Notes: generated by a model not told the origin, from the letters alone. Counted from the first letter of the stretch, positions 1 to 7,629 are shown. The stretch is 41,761 nucleotides of DNA from Candidatus Nomurabacteria bacterium (GCA_023267245.1 JAHFNP010000001.1:22780-64540); one strand, 5' to 3'. Program-made: numbers and translations.

Positions 1-728
1 ATATCATTTAGAATCTTGGTTCCTTTCACTTCGGGTAGGATTTTAGAGTTTGTGAAAAAGTAATCTATGCGCCAGCCGACATTGCGGTCACGGGCGAAGG
101 TTTTCATATCCCAGTATGTATAAGCATCGCGCTTATCAGGATAAAAATGTCGGAAGATATCGGTGTAGCCGTGCGCTACGACTTCATCGAGCCAAGCGCG
201 CTCTTCCGGGAGGAAGCCGGTATTGTCTTTATTTTCTTTCGGCCGGGCAAGGTCGATCTCCTGGTGGGCAGTATTTACATCTCCGCAGAATATAACAGAC
301 TTGCCTTGTTTTTTGAGCTTATCAATAAATTTCAAAAATTCATCATAGAATTCAAGTTTATAAGCCAAGCGCTCTGGTCCGCCTCCGCCATTTGGGAAAT
401 AAACATTCAAGAGTATAAAGTCTTTGTAATAGGCGACAAGTATTCGGCCTTCATCGTCGAATTTTTTTATGCCGATGCCGTATTCGACTTTCTTTGGTTC
501 AATTTTAGAATAAATAGCGACGCCGCTGTAACCTTTCCTGCCCTTGGAGTGTGAAAAATATGAATAATATCCTTTTACACTGCGAATCTCTTCCGGCAGT
601 TGCTCCGGTTCGGCTTTGACCTCTTGCAGGCAGAGGATATCTGGCTTAATTTTATTAATAAAAGGCAAGAAATAGCTGTTCCTGTGCGTCGCTCGCAGGC
701 CATTAACATTCCAAGAAATAATTTTCAT
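1..728 (-). CDS. xth: Exodeoxyribonuclease III (ExoIII/APE1 EEP family), C-terminus cut by window edge
   Basis: Not in the ORF track because it runs off the window. My reverse-complement translation from CAT at 726-728 gives MKIISWNVNGLRATHRNSYFLPFINKIKPDILCLQEVKAEPEQLP...VIFCGDVNTAHQEIDLARP...NVGWRIDYFF, the ExoIII signature blocks in the expected order. Confidence 0.85.
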   Translation of the reverse strand, partial: MKIISWNVNGLRATHRNSYFLPFINKIKPDILCLQEVKAEPEQLPEEIRSVKGYYSYFSHSKGRKGYSGVAIYSKIEPKKVEYGIGIKKFDDEGRILVAYYKDFILLNVYFPNGGGGPERLAYKLEFYDEFLKFIDKLKKQGKSVIFCGDVNTAHQEIDLARPKENKDNTGFLPEERAWLDEVVAHGYTDIFRHFYPDKRDAYTYWDMKTFARDRNVGWRIDYFFTNSKILPEVKGTKILND

Positions 729-789
729 GTTTGAATTATATCATTTAAATGTTATCCACACTTTGTTTTATCATGATAAAAACTTGAAG

Positions 790-798
790 TGCTATAAT
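790..798 (+). promoter_or_regulatory. Extended -10 box TGcTATAAT, 6 nt upstream of ATG 805 (leaderless-type)
   Basis: tgctataat at 790-798, followed by aaacaa and then ATG at 805. Confidence 0.5.
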
Positions 799-804
799 AA
801 ACAA

Positions 805-1116
805 ATGGATTCTAATCAATCCGCCAGCTGGCGGACAAAAATCAAAAAGTTTTTTTACGTTGTAATTGTTCTTATTGTGATCTCCGCGCTCGCCTTGATC
901 TATATGAACTATCAAAATTCTAAGGTTCAAACTGGTGAACTAACAGAACAGCAAAAGCTCGATATATTAAAACAACTTGGCGAATCACCCAGTGTGAATT
1001 TAACCGATCAAGAGAAGGAACAAATTTTAAGTAATACTTCTTCGGGACCACAAGATCAAACCCAATTAACGGAAGAACAAAAAATGCAAATTTTGCAATC
1101 TTTAGGCCAAAAATAA
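805..1116 (+). CDS. Small membrane-anchored protein with three LT(E/D)(E/Q)(Q/E)K..IL repeats
   Basis: Internal Met of track ORF 727..1116 (MDSNQSASWRTKIKKFFYVVIVLIVISALALIYM = one TM helix). This is followed by LTEQQKLDILKQLG, LTDQEKEQILSN and LTEEQKMQILQSLG. The start was chosen because of the adjacent -10 box. Confidence 0.6.
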   Translation: MDSNQSASWRTKIKKFFYVVIVLIVISALALIYMNYQNSKVQTGELTEQQKLDILKQLGESPSVNLTDQEKEQILSNTSSGPQDQTQLTEEQKMQILQSLGQK

Positions 1117-1120
1117 AATA

Positions 1121-2764
1121 ATGAGTAAAAAAAATATATTTTCATACACCTTGCCAGTTTTTATAATAATTTTTGGCTTTTTGGGTATTCTTTCACAGAC
1201 TAAGGCATCATCAACTGATAATGTTTCCGGTTATGCTTGGTCTTCAAACATCGGCTGGATCAGTTTTAATGCGACAAATGATACTGATCCGAATACTGCC
1301 GGGATCCAACCATCACCAACAGATTACGGAGTCACTATGGATATGACAACCGGCGTTCTAACGGGTTATGCTTGGTCTTCAAATATCGGCTGGATACAAT
1401 TTGGCGGTTTTACTAATTGTCCATCATATTCTGCAAATCCAACCTGTCAGGCAAAAGTTGATTTTGCACCCTATACTTTAGGTACAGGCGGTTTTCTTGT
1501 GCCTGTTTCCGGTTGGGCGAGGGCTGTTGCTCCTAATGCGATCAATGATCCTCATTGTTCTAGTAATCCTAGCAGTGATTCATTTAACGATGGTTGTTGG
1601 GATGGTTGGATAAGTCTGAAGGGATCAAACTTTGGCGTTCTTATGAATACTACAACCGGACATCTTTCGGATTATGCTTGGGGTAGTGATGTTATAGGTT
1701 GGGTTAAATTTGATGCAAAGGTGACTATCGTCCCTCCACTTGCACCAACTATTACTTTAACAGCTTCTGAGGCTGGAAATTTTTCTAACCATGGTACTAA
1801 TATAACCGTTCCACCAAATACTAATGTCAATTTAACCTGGGTAACTACAAATGTTTTAAATTGTACCGCCGGTGCTGCTGCAACTCCATCTTCAGCTTCA
1901 TGGAATAGTGGCGCTATTACGACTATTCCAAATGGAAGTAAATCGGGAATTACGCCTGATCAAACACAAAGTAATCAACCTAATCTTTATAAATTAACAT
2001 GTACTGGCACGAACAATACTCAACTTACCGGTATTGCCCATGTTACTGTTTCGCCAGTGCCTCCGCTATGTCCAGTAGGTTACTCAGGTACACCACCAAA
2101 TTGTACGATAGCCTCAGTGTGTCCAGTAGGTTACTCGGGTACGCCTCCAAATTGTACGATAGCCTTAGTGTGTCCAGCAGGTTACTCAGGTACACCACCA
2201 AATTGTACGATAGCATCCGTAATCAACGGAGCTTGTTTGTCTGGGCCATTCTCTTCGACACCTCCACTTGCCAATCTTTGTACGGGTGGCAGTATGCTTA
2301 AACAACCTCCAGGCTTAACAGGCACTGGTATAAGCCCAGATCTTTGGACTTGGAAATGCGATGGTTCAGGTGTAGGTCATACTGATAAAATTTGCACAGC
2401 GGCTAAGACAACTCCTCCTCAACCTGGTTCTCCAAGTATCACTTTGGATTCAGGATGTTACAACCATAAAGGGTATCTCAAGTTGACGATTAGTAGTATT
2501 ACTTCTGGTAGCTCTTGTTCAGGACTTTCCCCAATTCCTTCAAATGGACAAAGATGGTTAACTGCTCCAGGAGGAAATCAGACTCAATATGTCACAAATG
2601 CCACCCCAGGCCCAGGAACCTCATATTCTTTAACTTGCACAGATAGTGTTAATGGTTCAGCCTCTACTGTCTCTTCACCAGTTTTAGACACACCATGTGC
2701 TGTAAATACTGTTCCACCGCCACAACCATTACCATCACCAACGCCAATATTCCAGGAGATTTAG
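1121..2764 (+). CDS. Secreted repeat protein (GYAWSSNIGW repeats, Ig-like segments, 3x17-aa Cys repeat, Cys/Trp module)
   Basis: N-terminal signal/TM MSKKNIFSYTLPVFIIIFGFLGILSQTKA. Repeats are SGYAWSSNIGWISF, TGYAWSSNIGWIQF, DGCWDGWISLKG and SDYAWGSDVIGWVKF. CPVGYSGTPPNCTIASV occurs three times, and the protein is rich in Thr/Ser/Pro/Asn. Confidence 0.8.
   Translation: MSKKNIFSYTLPVFIIIFGFLGILSQTKASSTDNVSGYAWSSNIGWISFNATNDTDPNTAGIQPSPTDYGVTMDMTTGVLTGYAWSSNIGWIQFGGFTNCPSYSANPTCQAKVDFAPYTLGTGGFLVPVSGWARAVAPNAINDPHCSSNPSSDSFNDGCWDGWISLKGSNFGVLMNTTTGHLSDYAWGSDVIGWVKFDAKVTIVPPLAPTITLTASEAGNFSNHGTNITVPPNTNVNLTWVTTNVLNCTAGAAATPSSASWNSGAITTIPNGSKSGITPDQTQSNQPNLYKLTCTGTNNTQLTGIAHVTVSPVPPLCPVGYSGTPPNCTIASVCPVGYSGTPPNCTIALVCPAGYSGTPPNCTIASVINGACLSGPFSSTPPLANLCTGGSMLKQPPGLTGTGISPDLWTWKCDGSGVGHTDKICTAAKTTPPQPGSPSITLDSGCYNHKGYLKLTISSITSGSSCSGLSPIPSNGQRWLTAPGGNQTQYVTNATPGPGTSYSLTCTDSVNGSASTVSSPVLDTPCAVNTVPPPQPLPSPTPIFQEI
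2069..2221 (+). repeat. Perfectly phased 3 x 51-bp in-frame tandem repeat (CP(V/A)GYSGTPPNCTIA(S/L)V)
   Basis: tgtccagtaggttactcaggtacaccaccaaattgtacgatagcctcagtg repeats at 2069, 2120 and 2171 with a few substitutions. Confidence 0.95.
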
Positions 2765-2769
2765 TATCG

Positions 2770-2778
2770 TGATATAAT
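2770..2778 (+). promoter_or_regulatory. Extended -10 box TGaTATAAT upstream of the paralogue array
   Basis: tgatataat at 2770-2778, 24 nt before ATG 2803. Confidence 0.4.
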
Positions 2779-2802
2779 TTAGTAAATTGCTCCAGTTATC
2801 AA

Positions 2803-4077
2803 ATGAAAAAACAATTCTTACAATCAGCGAAAGTTATAATCCTCGGCCTTATCTTGGCGGTTGGTGTAGGCTCTGCGATGGGTGGTTGGACACCTCCAAC
2901 CACCGCTCCTACTAGCGGCAACACTGAACAGCCGATCAATGAAGGCGTTGCAGACCAGTGGAAAATCGGCGGACTGGCTCTTATAGGGAATTTTTCTATC
3001 GGTGGTCTATTTGGGAATCCGGCTTTTCAAGTAATCAAAGCTAATACTCCTGTCATTAATCCTACTTCTAATAATGTAATTAAAATCGGTAATGCCTACG
3101 TCAGTGGATTTTTGGGCGGAGGAGGCGATGCGCAAATTTTTCTATATGGGGATCAGTTGAAGCATAGCAATCCAGTGCCTCAGCGTCTTTGCATCGCGGC
3201 CGTCGGACAACAGCAACAAGTTATTTTATGTCCTGTTATAGTCAATGGAGTATGCGGTTCGGCATCCGGACAACCTGCAACAAATACAGCTCCGGGAAGT
3301 TCAATGCCGGCACCGACAACAAATCTTTGTTCGACGGGAACAGCTACTGCCGTTATTCCAAATCAAAGCAACCATGATTCTTGGCAGTGGACTTGCGTTG
3401 GTTCTGGCGGGACGACTGCAAGCTGCGGTTCAAATAGGAATACGATCGGAGCTCCCGGTTCCCAGCTATACACCCCAGGCGCTACTTCAGGTAGTCTAGG
3501 TACAAGTCATCCGACAACATTTACAGTACCTGTAAATGTTCACAGTATAAATGTTACAGCATGGGGCGGCGGCGGTTCTGGCGCCCGAGGCGGTTCTGGC
3601 GGAAATGTTTGTTGGGGCGGAGGCGGCGGCGGAGGCGGCAGCGGCAGTCAAGTGACATTAAATATACCTGTAACTCCGGGTCAAGTTATTTCATCAATAT
3701 CGGTTGGCTCAGGTGGAGCAACAAGCAATACAGACGGCCATCCGGGGGGAGCGACAAATTTTGGGATAGTACATGCTGATGGTGGAAATATGCCTACAAC
3801 CGCTACTAAGGGTGGAGATTCTTTTGAACCATCTTTTTCAAATGGTATTGGCGCGAATGGTAGTTGGGGTGTAGGCGGAAGCCCGGGTGGCGGCAATGGT
3901 ACCAGCGGAGATTGTCATGGATCCGGTGCGTCCTTTGGTCACGGCGGATCCGGTGCTGGGACGGGATATGGTGCTGGCGGGGCTGGCGGTCGGGGTGCGA
4001 CTGTTCCCGGTCCTGGTTTCTATTATGGAGATAAAGGATCTGACGGTGCTGTCAGAGTAGATTGGGTAGCTTATTAA
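2803..4077 (+). CDS. Secreted glycine-rich protein, paralogue 1 (N-domain + Cys/Trp module + polyglycine-rich C-domain)
   Basis: Signal-like MKKQFLQSAKVIILGLILAVGVGSA. Modules are VNGVCGSASGQPATNTAPGSSMPAPTTNLCSTGTAT...WQWTCVGSGGTTASC, then FTVPVNVHSINVTAWGGGGSGARGGSGGNVCWGGGGGGGGSGS...GSDGAVRVDWVAY. Confidence 0.85.
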   Translation: MKKQFLQSAKVIILGLILAVGVGSAMGGWTPPTTAPTSGNTEQPINEGVADQWKIGGLALIGNFSIGGLFGNPAFQVIKANTPVINPTSNNVIKIGNAYVSGFLGGGGDAQIFLYGDQLKHSNPVPQRLCIAAVGQQQQVILCPVIVNGVCGSASGQPATNTAPGSSMPAPTTNLCSTGTATAVIPNQSNHDSWQWTCVGSGGTTASCGSNRNTIGAPGSQLYTPGATSGSLGTSHPTTFTVPVNVHSINVTAWGGGGSGARGGSGGNVCWGGGGGGGGSGSQVTLNIPVTPGQVISSISVGSGGATSNTDGHPGGATNFGIVHADGGNMPTTATKGGDSFEPSFSNGIGANGSWGVGGSPGGGNGTSGDCHGSGASFGHGGSGAGTGYGAGGAGGRGATVPGPGFYYGDKGSDGAVRVDWVAY

Positions 4078-4085
4078 AAAAAAAT

Positions 4086-5306
4086 ATGAAAAAACAATTC
4101 TTACAATCAGCGAAAGTTATAATCCTCGGCCTAATCTTGGCGGTTGGCGCAAGCTATGCCGTGGGTGCTTCTTGGAGTTTACCAGCTTCACTTCCGGCTG
4201 GAGGCAATGTACCCGCGCCTATTAATGAAGGCCCGTTAAATCAGTTAAAGGCTGGCGGATTGGGAATTCTTATGGGAAATTTTTCTGTCAGTCAACCACC
4301 AGTTTTTGAAGTAAAACAAGCCAACCTTCAAGCTACTCCTCCTGTTCCTAATTTAATTACAATCGGAGATATATCCGGCAATACAAAAGTTTCACTATAT
4401 GGAGCAGGGGCCAATGGAGTCAGCTTAAATCATACTAATGCAACACCTCAGGATCTCTGCATAACTTCGATTGGACAAGTTGTTTTGTGTCCTGTACCAG
4501 TCAATGGAGTATGCGGTTCAGCCTCTGGACAACCGGCAACCAATACTGCGCAAGGAACTTCAATGCCAGCGCCTACAACAAATCTTTGTTCGACAGGGAC
4601 AGCTACTTCTGTTATATCAGATCCAAGCGGGCATGATGGCTGGGTTTGGACCTGTGTCGGTATTGCCGGTGGAACGACTGCAAGTTGCGGTTCAAACAAA
4701 AATACGATTGGAACTCCTGGTTTTCAGTTATATACTCCAGGTTCTACTTCAGGTACTTTAGGTACAAGTCACCCAACGACATTTACTGTCCCGGCGAATG
4801 TTCATAGCGTTACTGTTGAAGCTTGGGGTGGCGGCGGTTCAGGTGGTTATGGTGGCCATGGTTCTACTCTTTGTTGGGGCGGCGGCGGCGGAGGCGGAGG
4901 ACATAGTCCTCGTATGACATCAACTGTTTCTGTTTCACCGGGCCAAATTATTTCAGTGTCGGTTGGCACAGGCGGACCATTGAGTAGTCCGTTTGGCGCA
5001 GGTACAGACGGAGGTGCGACAACTTTTGGATCTGTGATTGCCGCTGGTGGTACTTATGGTGTACATGGTGGAGATGCCGGTTCATCAAATGGTTCAAACG
5101 GTCCTGGAGGATACATTGGTGGCGTAACTGGCACAAGTGGAGATTGTTATGGATCTAATAAGGGTGCCGGTCAAGGCGGCGCAGGTGGTTCTGATACATA
5201 TGGTTCCGGTGGTTCCGGTGGTTCCGGTACTGGTAATTCTGCTAGTTTCAATTATGGAGCCAAGGGATCTGACGGTGCAGTAAAAGTAACTTGGGTATCT
5301 TATTAA
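4086..5306 (+). CDS. Secreted glycine-rich protein, paralogue 2
   Basis: Same 5' end and module order as 2803..4077. I take ATG 4086 (MKKQFLQSAK...) rather than the track start at 4062, which overlaps the upstream gene. Confidence 0.85.
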   Translation: MKKQFLQSAKVIILGLILAVGASYAVGASWSLPASLPAGGNVPAPINEGPLNQLKAGGLGILMGNFSVSQPPVFEVKQANLQATPPVPNLITIGDISGNTKVSLYGAGANGVSLNHTNATPQDLCITSIGQVVLCPVPVNGVCGSASGQPATNTAQGTSMPAPTTNLCSTGTATSVISDPSGHDGWVWTCVGIAGGTTASCGSNKNTIGTPGFQLYTPGSTSGTLGTSHPTTFTVPANVHSVTVEAWGGGGSGGYGGHGSTLCWGGGGGGGGHSPRMTSTVSVSPGQIISVSVGTGGPLSSPFGAGTDGGATTFGSVIAAGGTYGVHGGDAGSSNGSNGPGGYIGGVTGTSGDCYGSNKGAGQGGAGGSDTYGSGGSGGSGTGNSASFNYGAKGSDGAVKVTWVSY

Positions 5307-5313
5307 AAAAAAT

Positions 5314-5700
5314 ATGAAAAAACAATTTCTACAATCAGCAAAAGTTATAATCCTCGGCCTAATCTTGACGGTTGGCGCAAGCTATGCGATGGCTACTTGG
5401 ACAAATCCGCTTTCAACCGCTCCTTCCGGTAATGTTTATGTGCCGATTAATGTAAATCCAGCCGGTCAGTTCAAGCTTGGCGGCTTGGCGATTGTTACTG
5501 GAAATTTTTCGGTCGGTTTTCTTGGACCATCGATTTTTAAAGTGTCTCAAGGTTCTCCTAATAAAATTACAATCGGAGATGCTCCTGGTGGAAACGGTAC
5601 GACAAAAATTTCATTGTTTGGAGCAGGGTTGTATAATTCTAATCCAACAGCCAAGCGTCTTTGTATAAATTCAGCCGCGCAAGTCGTTTTGTGCCTTTAG
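5314..5700 (+). CDS. Paralogue 3, N-domain only (128 aa), either truncated or a natural short form
   Basis: Same MKKQFLQSAKVIILGLILTVGASYA start and N-domain motif (PSGNVYVPINVNPAGQFKLGGLAIVTGNFS). It ends at RLCINSAAQVVLCL*, the point where the Cys module starts in copies 1 and 2. Confidence 0.65.
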   Translation: MKKQFLQSAKVIILGLILTVGASYAMATWTNPLSTAPSGNVYVPINVNPAGQFKLGGLAIVTGNFSVGFLGPSIFKVSQGSPNKITIGDAPGGNGTTKISLFGAGLYNSNPTAKRLCINSAAQVVLCL

Positions 5701-5719
5701 ATTAAAAAAATTATAGCCT

Positions 5720-6457
5720 ATGTCCAAAAAAATAATAATAGCCAACTGGAAGATGAATCCTTCGACTGAAAAGGAAGCGGTTAGAATCGCCAAGGCGAGC
5801 GATTTTAAAGATGTCATCATTGCAGCGCCATATGTTTTTATACCTGCGATTAAAAAAGTTCTAAAAAAAGCCTCGCTTGCGGCCCAAGATGTTTCTTGGG
5901 AAAAAGGAGGTGCTTATACCGGAGAAATATCAGCTCCAATGTTGAAAAATCTTGGCGTTAAATATGTGATCATCGGACATTCGGAGAGAAGAAATCTGAC
6001 GGCTGGCGGAGATAATGATGAAATAGTAAATAAAAAAATAAAAGCAGTGCTTAAATTTAATTTAATACCGGTACTTTGCGTCGGCGAAAGGGAAAGAGAT
6101 GAGGAGATGAAATATTTAAGTTTTATAAAAGATCAATTAATGATCGATTTGAGGGGTGTCCAAGGGAACATGTTGAAAAAAATTATTATTGCCTATGAGC
6201 CGGTTTGGGCGATTGGCAAAAAGGCTTTGCGAGAAGCGACGCCGGGAGAGTCTCTTGAAATGGTTATATTTATTAAAAAAGTTTTGTCAGATATTTATGG
6301 AGTGAAAGCGGTAAATAGTCTTCGAATTTTGTATGGGGGATCGGTGCATCCTAAAAATGCCAAGGAGTTTTCGATGGGTGGGGGAGTAAATGGATTTTTG
6401 GTCGGCCGAGATAGTCTAGATCTGAAAAAATTTAATGAAATCATTAAAGCAAATTAA
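5720..6457 (+). CDS. tpiA: Triosephosphate isomerase
   Basis: IIANWKMN, IIGHSERR, LCVGE and IAYEPVWAIG blocks. Confidence 0.93.
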   Translation: MSKKIIIANWKMNPSTEKEAVRIAKASDFKDVIIAAPYVFIPAIKKVLKKASLAAQDVSWEKGGAYTGEISAPMLKNLGVKYVIIGHSERRNLTAGGDNDEIVNKKIKAVLKFNLIPVLCVGERERDEEMKYLSFIKDQLMIDLRGVQGNMLKKIIIAYEPVWAIGKKALREATPGESLEMVIFIKKVLSDIYGVKAVNSLRILYGGSVHPKNAKEFSMGGGVNGFLVGRDSLDLKKFNEIIKAN

Positions 6458-7535
6458 AAACATCAAAGGCAAAACTGCGCTGGTGCGTGTTGATTTCAAT
6501 GTGCCTATTCGAGATGGCAAGATACTGGATGATTTCAGGATCCAGAAAGCAATGCCGACGATAAAATTCTTGCAGAAAAAAGGTGCGAAAATAATTTTGA
6601 TATCTCACCTCGACAAAGAAAGCGGTACGACGCTGAAGCCTGTTGCGGATTATTTGAATAAATTTCTTAAAACTAAATTTATCACTTCGCCTCATCAAAA
6701 TTTTTCCTCCTGCGCCCTTCCCGAAGTATCGGGCGGGACCCTCGGAGATAAAAATTTTCAAGAGGCTTCAATCTGCTTGCTTGAAAATTTAAGATTAAAT
6801 AAAGGAGAAGAAAGCAATTCTTCAGCCTTTGCAAAACAACTTGCCTCTATGGCTGACATATATGTAAACGAAGCCTTCCCAGTTTGTCATAGGAAACATG
6901 CATCGATCGTCGGCGTGCCGAAATATCTGCCGAGTTATGCCGGTTTTCAATTGGAAGCTGAAATTAAAAATTTAGAAATGGCGGAAAGTCCGGCTCATCC
7001 GTTTCTGTTTATATTGGGCGGGGCGAAATTTGAAACTAAAATTCCGTTGATTAAGAAATATCTTAAAAAAGCCGATGCAGTATTTGTCGGCGGAGCGTTG
7101 ATGAATAATTTTTTTAAAGAAGATGGAATCGACGTCAGTAAGTCTTTAGTCGACAATAAAAATTTCGGCTTAAAAAAAATGATGGATAATAAGAAGCTAA
7201 TTTTACCGGTTGATGTTGTTGTCAAAAATAAAGCATTTGTAGACATCGGTGAGAATTCAACGCAAATGCTGATCGATCTGATAAAGAAATCTAAATTTGT
7301 TCTGATGAACGGCCCGATGGGCAACTATGAGAACGGTTTCGGACAGGCGACTGAGGAGATATTAAAGGCTCTCGCAAAAAGCAAAGCTAAAGTCGTGATC
7401 GGCGGAGGAGATACAGTTGATTTGGTCTCAAAGCTTAATCTTGAAAAAAAATTCTTCTTTGTTTCAACTGGCGGCGGCGCGATGCTTGAATTTTTACTTA
7501 AAGGAACTTTGCCTGGGATAGAGGCACTCCGCTAA
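6435..7535 (+). CDS. pgk: Phosphoglycerate kinase (overlaps tpiA by 23 nt)
   Basis: ALVRVDFNVP, ILISHL, LENLRLNKGEE, FILGGAKFETKI and STGGGAMLEFL blocks. Confidence 0.92.
   Translation: MKSLKQIKNIKGKTALVRVDFNVPIRDGKILDDFRIQKAMPTIKFLQKKGAKIILISHLDKESGTTLKPVADYLNKFLKTKFITSPHQNFSSCALPEVSGGTLGDKNFQEASICLLENLRLNKGEESNSSAFAKQLASMADIYVNEAFPVCHRKHASIVGVPKYLPSYAGFQLEAEIKNLEMAESPAHPFLFILGGAKFETKIPLIKKYLKKADAVFVGGALMNNFFKEDGIDVSKSLVDNKNFGLKKMMDNKKLILPVDVVVKNKAFVDIGENSTQMLIDLIKKSKFVLMNGPMGNYENGFGQATEEILKALAKSKAKVVIGGGDTVDLVSKLNLEKKFFFVSTGGGAMLEFLLKGTLPGIEALR
6697..6758. repeat. 62-nt imperfect palindrome lying in-frame inside pgk
   Basis: aaaatttttcctcc (6697-6710) pairs with ggagataaaaatttt (6744-6758). 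The inner cccga-agta-tcggg hairpin is extended by ccc/ggg. It encodes QNFSSCALPEVSGGTLGDKNF in a region that is shorter in the E. coli Pgk sequence I recall. Confidence 0.6.
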
Positions 7536-7625
7536 AAATTTCTTTAGAAATGCACGGATATTTTTCTACTGAAAAATTCCTCGTGTTCGCGCCGTCGCGC
7601 TCACAAGGCATTTTTAAAGTAATTT
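7536..7625 (+). repeat. Structured 3' element, copy A (66-nt core at 7548-7613 inside an 18-bp closing stem)
   Basis: The core aaatgcacggatatttttctactgaaaaattcctcgtgttcgcgccgtcgcgctcAcaaggcattt is identical to 10339-10404 except for one base. The flanks aaatttctttagaaatgc and gcatttttaaagtaattt are complementary at 16 of 18 positions. The element starts 1 nt after the pgk stop. Confidence 0.85.
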
Positions 7626-7629
7626 TTAG

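Noticed and set aside
147-554. 135-aa + strand ORF in the track (and 745..930 on the - strand)
   Set aside because: It lies entirely antisense to a clear ExoIII coding frame (1-728, minus strand) and has no motif, so I treat it as a shadow ORF. 745..930 is antisense to the small membrane protein gene.
4062-4085. Upstream extension of paralogue 2 (MGSLLKKN...) overlapping the end of paralogue 1
   Set aside because: All three paralogues share the identical MKKQFLQSAK start and the same A-rich junction, so ATG 4086 is the consistent start.
3241-4610. Possible diversity-generating retroelement (template/variable repeat) suggested by near-identical DNA blocks in two paralogues
   Set aside because: The mismatches I tallied involve all four bases rather than being adenine-specific. 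There is no reverse transcriptase gene in the window, and the conserved block is not at a C-terminal lectin-like variable region.
3189-5136. Many alternative-frame and antisense ORFs inside the glycine-rich genes (e.g. 3561..3779 with RRRRRRR, 3681..3896, 4448..4699, 4471..4761, 4948..5136)
   Set aside because: These are artefacts of GGN/GCN-rich repeats read in other frames. The main frames have a coherent, paralogous domain structure.
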